Shown here piece by piece: positions 46,582 to 57,294 of a DNA stretch of 64,000 nt. This DNA comes from Candidatus Limnocylindrales bacterium. GTDB lineage: Bacteria; Chloroflexota; Limnocylindria; Limnocylindrales; CSP1-4. Numbering within the stretch: position 1 is the stretch's first letter; each line of letters opens with the position of its first letter. The stretch is from assembly GCA_038245515.1 (NCBI GenBank), contig JBBRSJ010000001.1, positions 169,376 to 233,375 on the forward strand, written 5' to 3'. Both the position numbers and the translations under genes were made by a program. The notes below the pieces were generated by a model. It was not told where the DNA came from. It made no database searches and was given only the letters and a program-made list of their open reading frames with translations.

Positions 46582-46601
46582 GCTAGCATAGTAGCATGCT
46601 A
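46582..46601. promoter_or_regulatory. AT-rich palindrome/direct-repeat operator candidate (GCTAGCATAGTAGCATGCTA)
   Basis: TAGCAT x2 direct repeats plus an inverted ATGCTA. Contains the perfect palindromes GCTAGC and AGCATGCT. Lies in the 117-bp divergent region between hisA and yerC-hisG. Confidence 0.45.
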
Positions 46602-46668
46602 AAACGATACGACGCACCTACGGCGGCGATCATGACCGCGCCCAGCGGACGACGGGAGGCCTGGGCCA

Positions 46669-46995
46669 ATGGATGACTGGCGCTCGCCGGATGTCGACGA
46701 GTTGATCGCGGCGGTCCTCCGGCTCGACGACTCCGACGAGGCTGCCCGGTTCCTGCGCGACCTGTGCACTCTCGGAGAGCTCCGGGACCTGGCCCAGCGG
46801 TGGGCCGTCGTCCGGCGCCTCGACGCGGGCGAGCATTACGCGGCCATCTCGCGAGAGACCGGAGCGAGCACCGCCACGATCACCCGGATCGCATCGTGGC
46901 TCAATCATGGCGAAGGCGGCTACCGTTCCGCGCTCGATCGGCTCGCCACTGCGCGGGAAACGGGCATCCCCTCCGCCGCCGGTTCGGAGCGATGA
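46669..46995 (+). CDS. YerC/YecD-family TrpR-like DNA-binding protein (probable his-operon regulator)
   Basis: TrpR-like HTH (YAAISRETGASTATITRIASWL). Its stop overlaps the hisG ATG (ATGA). Confidence 0.85.
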   Translation: MDDWRSPDVDELIAAVLRLDDSDEAARFLRDLCTLGELRDLAQRWAVVRRLDAGEHYAAISRETGASTATITRIASWLNHGEGGYRSALDRLATARETGIPSAAGSER

Positions 46996-47867
46996 CCGCG
47001 CTCGAGGGGCGCGAGCGGCTTCGTCTTGCCGTCCCGAACAAGGGCCGCCTCGTCGACCCGACGATCGAGCTCCTGCGCGACGCCGGCCTCATCTTCGAGG
47101 AGCACGAGCGGAGCCTCGTGGCCCGCGTCCGCAACTTCGACCTCGACATCCTCTTTGTCCGGACCAACGACGTGATCGAGTTCGTCGGTGACGGGGTCGC
47201 GGACCTTGGAGTCACCGGCGAGGACCTGCTCGCCGAGACCGGCGCCGAGCTGCCCCGCCTGCGGTCGCTGGGATTCGGCCAGTGCCGCCTCACCGCCGCC
47301 GTGCCCGCCGACAGCGCGCTGCGCTCGATCGACGACCTCGCCGGACTGCGCGTCGCGACCGCCCATCCGAACTCGACGCGCCGCTTCTTCGCGGCCAGGG
47401 GCGTCGAAGTCGACGTCATCCCGATCTCGGGCGCCGTCGAGGTCGCGCCGCGCCTCGGGCTGGCCGAGGCGATCGTCGACCTCGTCTCGACCGGATCGAC
47501 GCTCGTGATGAACGGACTCCGGCCGATCGCCGACGTCCTCGCCTCGGAGGCGCTCCTGATCGCCAACCCGACGGCCCTCGTCGAGCGAGCTGCCGCGGTC
47601 GAGGCCGTCGACACGATGGTCAGCGCGGTGATCGCCGCGCGGGATCGTAAATACCTGATGATGAATGCCCCGGCGGCGCGCCTCCACGATCTCGAGATGC
47701 TGCTGCCCGGCCTCGAGTCACCGTCGGTGATCCCGCTCGCCCACGAGGGGATGATCGCGATCCATGCCGTCGTCGGCGCCAATGACGTCTGGACTCTGCT
47801 CCCCCGGCTCAAGGCGGCGGGCGCGTCGGGAATCCTGGTCCTGCCAATCGAGAAAATCGTCCCGTGA
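46992..47867 (+). CDS. hisG: ATP phosphoribosyltransferase (long form)
   Basis: LRLAVPNKGRL...VSTGSTL... plus C-terminal regulatory domain. Confidence 0.9.
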   Translation: MTALEGRERLRLAVPNKGRLVDPTIELLRDAGLIFEEHERSLVARVRNFDLDILFVRTNDVIEFVGDGVADLGVTGEDLLAETGAELPRLRSLGFGQCRLTAAVPADSALRSIDDLAGLRVATAHPNSTRRFFAARGVEVDVIPISGAVEVAPRLGLAEAIVDLVSTGSTLVMNGLRPIADVLASEALLIANPTALVERAAAVEAVDTMVSAVIAARDRKYLMMNAPAARLHDLEMLLPGLESPSVIPLAHEGMIAIHAVVGANDVWTLLPRLKAAGASGILVLPIEKIVP

Positions 47868-49237
47868 CGACCGAGGCGGCGCCGACCGCCGCAGTGGTCA
47901 TCCGCCGCCTGGACCTCGGCGCGACCGATCCGGCTTCGGTCGCGGAGCGCGCTGCCCTGTGCCGGCGCGGGGTCGTCCCCGATGCGCGGGTCCGAGCCGG
48001 GGTCCGGGACATCCTCGACGACGTCCGGGCCCGTGGCACAGCAGCCGTCCGCGACGCCAGCCGGCGCTTCGGCGGTGGGCTCGCCGATGGCCAGCTCTTC
48101 GTCGAGCGACCCGAGCTCCTCGCTGCCCGGGACACGCTCGCCCGCGCCGACCGCGCCGCGCTCGACCAGGCCATCGACCACGTCACGCGGTTCGCGGCAA
48201 CCCAGCGTCCCGTGACCGCGACCACGACGATCGTCCCCGGGATCGACATCGAACGGCGCTGGCTGCCCCTCGACCGAGTCGGTTGCTACGTCCCGGGAGG
48301 CTCGGCGCCGTACCCGTCGTCGCTCGTCATGACCGTCGTCCCGGCGTGCGTCGCCGGCGTCACTGAGGTCGTCGTCGCCTCCCCCGCCAACTCCGACGGC
48401 ACGGTCCATCGGGTCATGCTCGGCGCCGCCGGCCTGCTCGGCGTGGATCGGGTGCTCGTTGCGGGCGGCGCCCAGGCGGTCGGGGCGCTCGCGTTCGGCC
48501 TCCTCGACGCGGAGCCGGCCCTCGAGCCTGTCGATCGCATCGTCGGCCCGGGCAATGCCTGGGTCACGGCGGCGAAGCTCGAGGTCGCCGGGCACGTCGG
48601 GATCGACCTGCCGGCCGGTCCGTCGGAGGGGATGGTCCTCGCCGACGAGACGGCCGACCCGGTCCTCGTGGCTGCAGACCTCGTCACGCAGGCGGAGCAC
48701 GGCCCGGATTCCCCGGCGATCCTCGTGACGACGAGCAAGGCCCTCGCAGACGCCGTCGAGCTCGAGATCGCCGCCCTCCTGCCGCGTCTCGAGCGCCGGG
48801 CGATCCTCGCGACCGCCCTCGCCGCCCACGGCCGGATCGCGATCGCACCGAATCTCGACTCAGCGATCGCGTTCGTCGATGCCTACGCCCCGGAGCACCT
48901 CTCGATCGACGTCCGCGACCCGGATGGGGTTGCCGCTCAGGTCCGTCACGCCGGGTCGATCTTCGTCGGGTCGTGGGCGCCCGAATCGGCCGGTGACTAC
49001 GCGACGGGCGCCAACCACGTCCTCCCGACCGGCGGCCTGGCGCGGTCGGCCGACCCACTCGCCGTCGAGGCCTACGGCCGTTGGACCCAGATCCAGCGGA
49101 TCGACGAGCGCGGTCTCGCTGTGATCCGCGAGACCGTCGGCCGGCTCGCGACGGCCGAGGGCCTCACCGCCCACCGCAACGCGATCGAGGTGCGCTTCCG
49201 CGACACCCGCTCGCCGGCCGCTGGAGACGAGGCATGA
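47864..49237 (+). CDS. hisD: histidinol dehydrogenase
   Basis: ...CYVPGGSAPYPSS..., HGPDS, GDYATGANHVLPT. Confidence 0.95.
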   Translation: MTTEAAPTAAVVIRRLDLGATDPASVAERAALCRRGVVPDARVRAGVRDILDDVRARGTAAVRDASRRFGGGLADGQLFVERPELLAARDTLARADRAALDQAIDHVTRFAATQRPVTATTTIVPGIDIERRWLPLDRVGCYVPGGSAPYPSSLVMTVVPACVAGVTEVVVASPANSDGTVHRVMLGAAGLLGVDRVLVAGGAQAVGALAFGLLDAEPALEPVDRIVGPGNAWVTAAKLEVAGHVGIDLPAGPSEGMVLADETADPVLVAADLVTQAEHGPDSPAILVTTSKALADAVELEIAALLPRLERRAILATALAAHGRIAIAPNLDSAIAFVDAYAPEHLSIDVRDPDGVAAQVRHAGSIFVGSWAPESAGDYATGANHVLPTGGLARSADPLAVEAYGRWTQIQRIDERGLAVIRETVGRLATAEGLTAHRNAIEVRFRDTRSPAAGDEA

Positions 49238-50385
49238 GCGCGATGCCGGTGACCCCGGTCACCTTCGGCCTGCCGACCCAACCTGCCGGATACAGCTGGG
49301 AAGCGACCGACGAGGAGGTCGCGGCCCGCTACGGCGTTCCGATCGGGGACATCCTGCGGTTCGATCTCAACACGTCACCGGCCCCGCCCGCTATCGCCGC
49401 CGAGCTGCTCGCGGCCGGGCTGTTCGAGGCGCCATTGTCGGAGTACCCGCCGTCGGACTACCGGCGCCTGATCGAGACGGCGGCCCGTGTCTACGCCGTC
49501 GACCCGTCCGAGCTGCTCGTCGGAGCGGGTGCGGACGAGATCCTCGACCTCATTGGCAAGGCATTCCTGCCGCAGGGCGGCCGTGCCGTCATCCCCGCAC
49601 CGACGTATGCGATGTACCGGGTTATCACCGAACAGCGTGGTGCGACGGCAGTGCTCGTCCCCCGCCAGGGAGCGGCGGCCGGCTGGATCCTCGATCGCGG
49701 CGCGGTCCGAGTTGCCGCCGCGGATGCCGACGTCGTCTGGCTGTGCAGCCCGAACAACCCGACAGGACTGCCCGAACCGGACGGCGCGATCGCGGGCCTG
49801 CTCGAGAGCATTGCCGCGGATTCCGCGGCCGCCGGCCGACGCGCACCCGTCGTCGTCCTCGACGAGGCCTATGCGGAGTTCGTCGGCGCCAGCCTCCTCT
49901 CCCTCCGGCTCGAGCATCCGAACCTCGTCGTCGTGCGGACAGCCTCGAAGGCGTACGCCCTGGCCGGGCTGCGGGTCGGCTTCGCGATCGCCCAGGCCGG
50001 AACGATCGCCCGGATCGCGCCGTATCGGCCGCCCGGCTCGGTCTCGACCGTCAGCGTCAGCGTCGTGACGGCGGCCCTCGCCGATCCGCGTGGGATGGTC
50101 GCCAATGTGGCTCGCGTCGACGCTGAGCGCGACCGCTTGGCTGCCGCGCTGCGCGACGCCGGCTGGTCGGCGGGGCCGTCGGTGACGAACTTCCTGCTCG
50201 TCGAGTTCGCGGATGTCGAGCGGGCGGCCGCAGCCGCATCGGGGCTCCTTCGACGGGGACTCGTGCCGCGGACCTTCCCCGCGGGTCATCCACTCGCTCA
50301 CGGCCTCCGCCTGACCATCCGCGATCGAGCCGGCAACGACCGCCTCATCGCCGCCGCACGTGCGATTCGGGAGGAGCCGCGATGA
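49234..50385 (+). CDS. hisC: histidinol-phosphate aminotransferase
   Basis: Class II aminotransferase; PLP-lysine region RTASKAYALAGLRVGF. ATGA overlap with hisD. Confidence 0.9.
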   Translation: MSAMPVTPVTFGLPTQPAGYSWEATDEEVAARYGVPIGDILRFDLNTSPAPPAIAAELLAAGLFEAPLSEYPPSDYRRLIETAARVYAVDPSELLVGAGADEILDLIGKAFLPQGGRAVIPAPTYAMYRVITEQRGATAVLVPRQGAAAGWILDRGAVRVAAADADVVWLCSPNNPTGLPEPDGAIAGLLESIAADSAAAGRRAPVVVLDEAYAEFVGASLLSLRLEHPNLVVVRTASKAYALAGLRVGFAIAQAGTIARIAPYRPPGSVSTVSVSVVTAALADPRGMVANVARVDAERDRLAAALRDAGWSAGPSVTNFLLVEFADVERAAAAASGLLRRGLVPRTFPAGHPLAHGLRLTIRDRAGNDRLIAAARAIREEPR

Positions 50386-51005
50386 CGACCGCGCTTGGGT
50401 CCCTCGACGTCAGCGCCCGCGACGGCCGGCGGGTGACGGTCCGGCGGATGACGCGCGAGACCGAGGTGACCGTGACCGTCGATCTCGACGGCTCGGGAAC
50501 CGCCGACATCGCGACCGGGGTGGGCTTCTACGACCACCTGCTGGGCTCGCTCGCCCATCACGCGCTGCTCGACCTCGCGATCCGCGCCACGGGCGACCTC
50601 GAGGTCGACGACCACCACACGGTCGAGGACGTCGCGGTCGTGCTCGGCGCCGCGGTGGGCGAGGCGCTCGGAGACCGCGCGGGCATCGTCCGTTTCGGCG
50701 ACGCGACCGTACCGATGGATGAATCAGTGGCGACGGCGATCCTCGACGTCGGCGGCCGGCCCTACGCGGTCGTCGACCTGCCCTTCCGGGGGGAGCGGGC
50801 GGGAGCGCTCAGCCTCCAGCTCGTCGAGCACGCCCTCGAGGCGTTCGCCCGCACGGCCGGAGCCACCCTTCACGTCCGGGGCACCGGACGCAACGACCAT
50901 CACCTGGCCGAGGCCGCGTTCAAGGCGCTTGGCCGGGCGCTCCGGGCCGCGGTCGAGATCGATCCACGGCGGACCGGCGTGGCCTCGACGAAGGGCTCGA
51001 CATGA
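50382..51005 (+). CDS. hisB: imidazoleglycerol-phosphate dehydratase
   Basis: RETEVTVTVDLDG, GFYDHLL, DDHHTVEDVAVVLG. Confidence 0.95.
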   Translation: MTTALGSLDVSARDGRRVTVRRMTRETEVTVTVDLDGSGTADIATGVGFYDHLLGSLAHHALLDLAIRATGDLEVDDHHTVEDVAVVLGAAVGEALGDRAGIVRFGDATVPMDESVATAILDVGGRPYAVVDLPFRGERAGALSLQLVEHALEAFARTAGATLHVRGTGRNDHHLAEAAFKALGRALRAAVEIDPRRTGVASTKGST

Positions 51006-51682
51006 TCGGCGGCGCCGGCCGCGCGCCGCGGTTCGCCGTCGTCGACTACGGCGCGGGCAATCTCGTCAGCATCGACCAGGCGCTGACCCGGGTCGGGGCG
51101 ACCGTGACGATCGCCCGTGGTCCAGACGATCTCGCCTCGGCTGACGCCATGGTCGTTCCAGGTGTCGGAGCCGCCGCGCCCGCGATGGAACGGCTGGCCG
51201 ACGCCGGCCTGGTCGAGCCGATCCGGGACTGGATCGACTCCGGCCGGCCCTATTTCGGGATCTGCCTCGGCCTCCAGCTCCTGTTCGACGGCAGCGATGA
51301 GGATGGCGCCGAAACGTTCGGGATCGTCGCCGGCCGCACGACCCGCCTCGTCGACGCCCCGACCCTTCCGCACATCGGCTGGAACCAGGTCGATCGGGTC
51401 CGAGCCCATCCCCTGTTCGACGGGATCGCGCCCGGCGCCGATTTCTACTTCGTCCACTCGTATGCCGGCGCTCCGGCCTCCGAGGCCACGGTCCTCGCCG
51501 GGACCACCCACGGCGCCGCGTTCACGAGCGCGATCGCGCGGGGCAACGTCCTCGGCGTCCAGTTCCACCCCGAGCGGAGCGGCGCTGACGGGCTCCGGCT
51601 CCTCGCCAATGCGGTCGAGCTCGTCCGCTCCGGGCAACTCGCCCCGGCGCCGGCCGTGGCTCGGGATCGGGCGGCCGTCTGA
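51002..51682 (+). CDS. hisH: imidazole glycerol phosphate synthase, glutaminase subunit
   Basis: [11 protein letters not shown] catalytic Cys; HPERS. Confidence 0.95.
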   Translation: MIGGAGRAPRFAVVDYGAGNLVSIDQALTRVGATVTIARGPDDLASADAMVVPGVGAAAPAMERLADAGLVEPIRDWIDSGRPYFGICLGLQLLFDGSDEDGAETFGIVAGRTTRLVDAPTLPHIGWNQVDRVRAHPLFDGIAPGADFYFVHSYAGAPASEATVLAGTTHGAAFTSAIARGNVLGVQFHPERSGADGLRLLANAVELVRSGQLAPAPAVARDRAAV

Positions 51683-52461
51683 TGCTCTGCCGCCGGGTCA
51701 TCCCGTGCCTTGACGTCGCCGGGGGACGCGTCGTGAAAGGGACCCGATTCGTGGACCTCGTCGATGCCGGCGATCCACCCGCGCTCGCGGAGCGATATGC
51801 CGCCGAGGGCGCCGACGAGATCGTCTTCCTCGACATCGCGGCCGCGTCCGAAGGCCGGGGCACCCTCCTTGACATCGTCGAGCGAACCGCGCGCCGCGCT
51901 TTCATCCCGCTGACCGTCGGCGGTGGCGTGCGGACCGTCGACGACATGCGAGACGTCCTGCGGGCGGGCGCCGACAAGGTCTCGCTAAACACCGCCGCCG
52001 TGACCGATCCGGACCTGATCGCCCGATGTGCCGCCCGGTTCGGACGGCAGGCGGTCGTCGTGGCCATCGATGCCCGGCGCAGGTCCGGCGAAGACGGCTG
52101 GGAGGTCGTCGTCAAGGGTGGCCGGGAGGCGACCCGGCTCGAGGCCGTGACGTGGGCCAAGCGGGCCGTCGCGCTGGGGGCCGGCGAGCTCCTCGTGACT
52201 TCGATGGACCGCGACGGAACCCGCTCCGGCTACGACACCGAGCTCCTCCGAGCGATCGCCGACCGCGTGGAGGTGCCGCTGATCGCGTCGGGCGGGGCGG
52301 CGAGCCCGGCCGACTTCGTCGCGGCGGTCCGCGATGGCCACGCGGACGCGGTCCTGGCGGCCTCGATCTTTCATCGTCGGATCCATTCGATCGCGTCGGT
52401 CAAGCAAGCGATGGCCGACGCGGGCCTCGCGGTTCGGCTCACGCCGGAGATTGCCGCGTGA
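51682..52461 (+). CDS. hisF: imidazole glycerol phosphate synthase, cyclase subunit
   Basis: [16 protein letters not shown]... Confidence 0.95.
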   Translation: MLCRRVIPCLDVAGGRVVKGTRFVDLVDAGDPPALAERYAAEGADEIVFLDIAAASEGRGTLLDIVERTARRAFIPLTVGGGVRTVDDMRDVLRAGADKVSLNTAAVTDPDLIARCAARFGRQAVVVAIDARRRSGEDGWEVVVKGGREATRLEAVTWAKRAVALGAGELLVTSMDRDGTRSGYDTELLRAIADRVEVPLIASGGAASPADFVAAVRDGHADAVLAASIFHRRIHSIASVKQAMADAGLAVRLTPEIAA

Positions 52462-53132
52462 CCGGCATAGCGCGGGCGCTGGGCCGCGAGCCGCTCTGGG
52501 GCCCGAACGGGCTCGTCCCGGCGATCGCCCAGGACGCCGCCGACGGCCGCGTCCTGATGCTCGCCTGGATGGACGCCGAGGCTCTCGCGGTCACGCTCGA
52601 GACGGGGATCATCCATTTCCACTCGCGCGCCCGGGACCGGCTCTGGCGCAAGGGCGAGACGTCCGGCCACGAGCTGCGCCTGCTCGAGCTCGCCCTCGAC
52701 TGCGACTCGGACGCGCTCCTGCTCAAGGTCGAACCGATCGGGCCGACGTGCCACCGCGGAACCCGGAGCTGCTTCGACCCGAAGGGGGCGCCGGCCGGGC
52801 CGACGACCCAGGGACTCGCCTGGCTCGAGACGCTGTGGACGACGATCGCGTCGCGGGCGGCCGAGCGCCATGCCGGCTCCTACACGACATCGCTGCTCGA
52901 CGGCGGCGTCGACGCAGCCGGCCGGAAGGTGACCGAGGAGGCGACCGAGGTCCTGATCGCCGCCAAGGACGACGCGGCTGCCGAGGCCGCTGGCACGGAT
53001 CGCACGGCCACCGCCGAGGCCCTCGCCGGCGAGACCGCTGATCTCTTCTTCCACGCCCTCGTCCTGCTCGCCGAGCGCGGCGTCGCGCCGGCGACGGTCG
53101 TCGGCGTCCTCCGCGGACGCCATCGCGGGTGA
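52458..53132 (+). CDS. hisIE: bifunctional phosphoribosyl-AMP cyclohydrolase / phosphoribosyl-ATP pyrophosphatase
   Basis: HisI ([19 protein letters not shown]) plus a HisE-like C-terminus. GTGA overlap with hisF. Confidence 0.9.
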   Translation: MTGIARALGREPLWGPNGLVPAIAQDAADGRVLMLAWMDAEALAVTLETGIIHFHSRARDRLWRKGETSGHELRLLELALDCDSDALLLKVEPIGPTCHRGTRSCFDPKGAPAGPTTQGLAWLETLWTTIASRAAERHAGSYTTSLLDGGVDAAGRKVTEEATEVLIAAKDDAAAEAAGTDRTATAEALAGETADLFFHALVLLAERGVAPATVVGVLRGRHRG

Positions 53133-53136
53133 GGCC

Positions 53137-54492
53137 CTAGATCGTCCGGCGGCCGACGGCGAGGCGCCGCTTGCCGGCCCGCACCACCAGCCACTTCCCG
53201 TCGACGGCCGCAGGCGCCGCTGCGTCGGGTGCCGCCACCCGCTCGTCGCCGATCGTCAGCCCGCCCTGGGCAATCGCGCGCCGGGCCTCGCCGACCGATC
53301 CGTACAGCCCACTCGCGACCGCGATCGCCAGCGCGCCACCGGCGAGATCCGCATCGGAGAACGTGAAGCCGTCCAGCGCAGCATGGAGCGTTGCGAGGAT
53401 CGCCGGGTCCCGGATCGGCTCGCGGGAGAAGGCCGCAGCACTCACCCGCTCGGCGTGGGCGAGCGCCTCGGCGCCGTGCGTCCGCTCCGTCACGTCCCGG
53501 GCGAGGGCGCGCAGGGCCGGGCGCTCCTCCGGGCGGGCGGCCTGGTCGGCCTCGAGCCCCTCGATCGTCGCGCGGTCGAGCAGGGTGAACCAGCGGAGGT
53601 ACGTCCCGACGTCGCGGTCGTCGGCGTTGAGCCAGTATTGGTAGAAGGCGTACGGCGAGGTCCGCTCGGGGTCGAGCCAGATCGAGGTCCCGGCGGCCGT
53701 CTTGCCGAACTTCGCCCCGGACGACGACAACAGGAGTTTGTACGCGAGGCCGTGGGCCGGCGCGTCCGCGCCCGCTTCTTCGGCACCCCCCAGGTCGGCT
53801 TCATCCGTGAGTCCGGCCCGGCGCCGGATCAGCTCGAGGCCGGCCGTGATGTTGCCCCACTGGTCGGCGCCGCCCATCTGGAGCTCGACACCCATCGTCC
53901 GGTGGAGGTGCTCGAAGTCCGTCGCCTGGATCAGCATGTAACTGAACTCGGTGAACGAGAGGCCCTTGTCGAGCCGGGTCGTGACCGAATCCTTGGCGAG
54001 CATGTAGGGGATCGTGAAGTGCTTCCCGACGTCACGCAGCCAAGCGATCAGGCGGATGTCATCGAGCCAGTCGAGGTTGTTGACGAGGATCGCTCCGCGT
54101 TCTCCGGCCGATGGGCCGAAGTCGAGGAACCGCGCGAGCTGACCGCGGATGCCCGCGACGTTGGCGGCGAGCGTGGCGCGGTCGAGCAGGTTCCGCTCCG
54201 CCGACGTCCCGGACGGGTCGCCGATCATCCCGGTCCCGCCGCCGAGGAGGGCCACGGGCCGGCCGCCGTGGCGCTGGAACTGGAGCAGGCCGAAGATCGG
54301 CACGAGGTGGCCGACGTGGAGTGACGGGCCCGACGGATCGAACCCGTTGTAGCCGGCGATCGTACGGCCGTACCCGAGCCGGCCCGGGAGGCCGGGGGTC
54401 GTCCCGTGCAGCATCCCCCGCCAGCTGAGCTCGCCGAGCAGGCCGCCGAGACCCTTGCCAGCGGCGTCTCCGGCCTTGGTCGCAGGCGTCAC
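53137..54492 (-). CDS. tyrS: tyrosine--tRNA ligase
   Basis: HIGH-like GHLVPI, KMSKS-like KFGKT, and a C-terminal S4 domain. Confidence 0.95.
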   Translation of the reverse strand: MTPATKAGDAAGKGLGGLLGELSWRGMLHGTTPGLPGRLGYGRTIAGYNGFDPSGPSLHVGHLVPIFGLLQFQRHGGRPVALLGGGTGMIGDPSGTSAERNLLDRATLAANVAGIRGQLARFLDFGPSAGERGAILVNNLDWLDDIRLIAWLRDVGKHFTIPYMLAKDSVTTRLDKGLSFTEFSYMLIQATDFEHLHRTMGVELQMGGADQWGNITAGLELIRRRAGLTDEADLGGAEEAGADAPAHGLAYKLLLSSSGAKFGKTAAGTSIWLDPERTSPYAFYQYWLNADDRDVGTYLRWFTLLDRATIEGLEADQAARPEERPALRALARDVTERTHGAEALAHAERVSAAAFSREPIRDPAILATLHAALDGFTFSDADLAGGALAIAVASGLYGSVGEARRAIAQGGLTIGDERVAAPDAAAPAAVDGKWLVVRAGKRRLAVGRRTI

Positions 54493-54557
54493 AGGGCGCT
54501 CCGCCGAGCCGTCTCGACGGGCGACAAGAAGGGGATCCCCATGACCCCTATGCTATC

Positions 54558-57266
54558 GTGCGGCCCGACATGCAGACGAGCCTCGCGCGGCGGCAGCGCC
54601 ATCGGCGCAGCCTCAACCGCGGGCGGCCCCGCGGCTCTTCCATCGTCCGAAGAGTCGCCATCGCGATCCCGATCGTCCTCTTCTCGACCTTCCTCCTGGT
54701 CGGGCTGGCAGGCCTGGTCGGCGCCGCGACCGCCTACAACCACTACAGTCAAGGCCTGCCCGACCCGCGGGACACCCTGAGCAACCTGGTCTTCGCTCAG
54801 CAGACGGTCATCACCGACCGGACGGGCAAGATCGCTCTGGCGAGCCTCGGCGACTTCAAGCGCGAGCTGGTCACATTCGACCAGATCCCGCCCGAGATGC
54901 TCGACGCGACCACTGCGATCGAGGACAAGGACTTCTGGTCGAACCCGGGTTTCGATGCCGCCGGCTTCGTATCCGCCACGGTCGACACCCTGACCGGCCA
55001 TCCGCGCGGCGGCTCGACGATCACCCAGCAGCTCGTCCGGGCCCGGCTCCTCCCCGACAGCGCCTTCACCGCCAGCCGCGAGGAGCGCAAGATCCGGGAG
55101 ATCATCCAGTCTCTCCGCCTGACGCAGGCCTATCCCGGCCAGGCGGGAAAGCAGGAGATCATCACCGCCTACCTGAACCAGAACTTCTACGGCAACCAGT
55201 CCTACGGCGTGAAGGCGGCCGCTCGGACCTACTTCAACAAGAACCTCAAGGACCTGACCCTCGCCCAGGCCGCGATCCTGGCCGCGATCCCCCAATCGCC
55301 CACTGCGTACGACCTCGTGCGGAACGCCGTGGAGGTCTGCACGGTGGTCGTCAAGAGCGGCGCCGACTGCCCGCCCTCCAAGATCGAGCTGCGCGTCCCG
55401 GACGTCTCCGAGGTCGTCATTCGCCGCAACTACGTGCTCGACCAGATGAAGACCCGCAGCCCGCTGTCGGGGACACGGCACACCATCGCCGAGTACGAGG
55501 CCGCCAAATCCGAGCCGGTCATCCTCGCGCCGCAACTCGGCGTCCGCTGGCTCGCTCCGCATTTCGTGTGGCAGGTCCGGAACCAGCTCGGCACCATCCT
55601 CTGCCCGGATGTCCCGATCGACCAATGCACGGACATCGACACAGGCGGCTACCGGGTTACGACCACCCTGGACATGACGATGCAGCGGTCGGTCGAGAAG
55701 TGGCTGTACGCGGCGGCCTGGGTTCCGAACCACGCGAATCCCACGGCCGCACTCAAGGCCCTCAAGATCCCTAGCAAGGACTGGAGCTGGCTCATCAATC
55801 TGCGCGGCGCGAACATCAACAACGGGGCCTCGGCCGTCCTCGACTATCGGACCGGCGAGGTCCTCGCGTACGCCGGCTCGGCTGGCTACAACCTCAAGGT
55901 CACCAAGACGTTCCAGCCGAAGTTCGACGTCCTGTCGGACGGCTGGCGCCAGCCCGGATCCGCGATCAAGCCGATCAACTACGCGATCGGGATCGAGGAC
56001 CAGACGATGACCGCGGCGACGATGTTCATGGACGTCACGACCAACTTCGGTGGAGCGTTCATCCCGACCCAGGCCGATCACGCTGAGCGCGGTCCGGTCC
56101 GGCTCCGCTCGGCCCTCCAGTTCTCGCTCAACATCCCCGCGATCAAGGCGGGCCTCCTCAACGGCCTCGACCGGTTCTACCATCGGGCCGAGGACTTCGG
56201 GATCCACTGGTACCCGAGGTCGGTTCCCGTCGTCTCGATGGGGATCGGCACGATCGAGGTCCACCCGATCGACATGATCACCGCCTTTGGCGCGATCGCC
56301 GACGGCGGCAAGCTCGTGCCGCGGACGATGATCCTCGAGGTCACGAAGGCCGACGGGACCGTGGTCTGGCCCACACCCGACGCGAAGAAGCCGGCGCCGA
56401 AGACGGTCATCAGCCCCCAGACCGCCTACATCCTCACCGACATTCTTGCCGGCAACACGGAGCCGAAGACGAACCCGTTCTGGGGCAAGTGGGCGGTCTA
56501 TGACGGCAGCACCCGTCGCCCGGCCGCGTACAAGACCGGCACGACCAGCGACAACAAGGACGTCCACGCCTACGGCTTCGTGGCCCCGCCGAGGGACCCC
56601 CGGGCACCGGCCCTCGCGGTCGGCGTCTGGATGGGCAACAGCAACAACGAGCCGGACAAGGACACGCTATCCCTGGGATCGTCGGCGCCACTCTGGTCGC
56701 GGATCCTGGCCGAGGTCAGCCACGGCACCCCGATCGTCGACTTCAAGCAGCCGAAGGGCATCGTCACGATGTCGGTCGACGCCTTCAGCGGGATGAAGCC
56801 GGGACCGTTCACGACCAAGACGTTCAGCGAGATCTTCATCGCGGGCACGGAGCCGACCCAGCCGGACGACCTCCACAGGACCGTCGACATCGACAAGGCG
56901 AGCGGCAAGCTCTGGCAGGACGGGTGCGTCGGCCCGAAGCAGACCGTCGGCGCGCTCGACTTCAGTGCGGTCGACGCCGACCACGCGAACTGGCAGCGGG
57001 CCGACAACGGCTGGGCCCGGCGCGCCTCCCATGGCTCGGGCGTGGGCGGCGGGTTGAAGGGCAGCAGGACCATGTTCTTCTACCAGCCGGGGTTCTTCCC
57101 GTTCGGCGCAACCTGGGGCGGGATCTTCAGACCGTCCGGCCTGTGCCCGCTGGCGCCGCCACCGACCCCTCCGCCGTGCGACAACCCGTTCGGACTGTTC
57201 TGCCCGCCGCCGTCCGGCTCGCCGGGTCCATCCGCGACGCCGAGTCCGAGCAAGAAGCCGCACTAG
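54558..57266 (+). CDS. ponA: class A penicillin-binding protein (transglycosylase + transpeptidase) with Pro/Ser-rich C-terminal tail
   Basis: N-terminal TM; GT51 motifs (EDKDFWSNPG, GGSTITQQL); TPase motifs SxxK (GSAIK), SxN, KTGT. Confidence 0.9.
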   Translation: MRPDMQTSLARRQRHRRSLNRGRPRGSSIVRRVAIAIPIVLFSTFLLVGLAGLVGAATAYNHYSQGLPDPRDTLSNLVFAQQTVITDRTGKIALASLGDFKRELVTFDQIPPEMLDATTAIEDKDFWSNPGFDAAGFVSATVDTLTGHPRGGSTITQQLVRARLLPDSAFTASREERKIREIIQSLRLTQAYPGQAGKQEIITAYLNQNFYGNQSYGVKAAARTYFNKNLKDLTLAQAAILAAIPQSPTAYDLVRNAVEVCTVVVKSGADCPPSKIELRVPDVSEVVIRRNYVLDQMKTRSPLSGTRHTIAEYEAAKSEPVILAPQLGVRWLAPHFVWQVRNQLGTILCPDVPIDQCTDIDTGGYRVTTTLDMTMQRSVEKWLYAAAWVPNHANPTAALKALKIPSKDWSWLINLRGANINNGASAVLDYRTGEVLAYAGSAGYNLKVTKTFQPKFDVLSDGWRQPGSAIKPINYAIGIEDQTMTAATMFMDVTTNFGGAFIPTQADHAERGPVRLRSALQFSLNIPAIKAGLLNGLDRFYHRAEDFGIHWYPRSVPVVSMGIGTIEVHPIDMITAFGAIADGGKLVPRTMILEVTKADGTVVWPTPDAKKPAPKTVISPQTAYILTDILAGNTEPKTNPFWGKWAVYDGSTRRPAAYKTGTTSDNKDVHAYGFVAPPRDPRAPALAVGVWMGNSNNEPDKDTLSLGSSAPLWSRILAEVSHGTPIVDFKQPKGIVTMSVDAFSGMKPGPFTTKTFSEIFIAGTEPTQPDDLHRTVDIDKASGKLWQDGCVGPKQTVGALDFSAVDADHANWQRADNGWARRASHGSGVGGGLKGSRTMFFYQPGFFPFGATWGGIFRPSGLCPLAPPPTPPPCDNPFGLFCPPPSGSPGPSATPSPSKKPH

Positions 57267-57294
57267 CAGGCACCACAGGCCGCGAACGGCGCGC

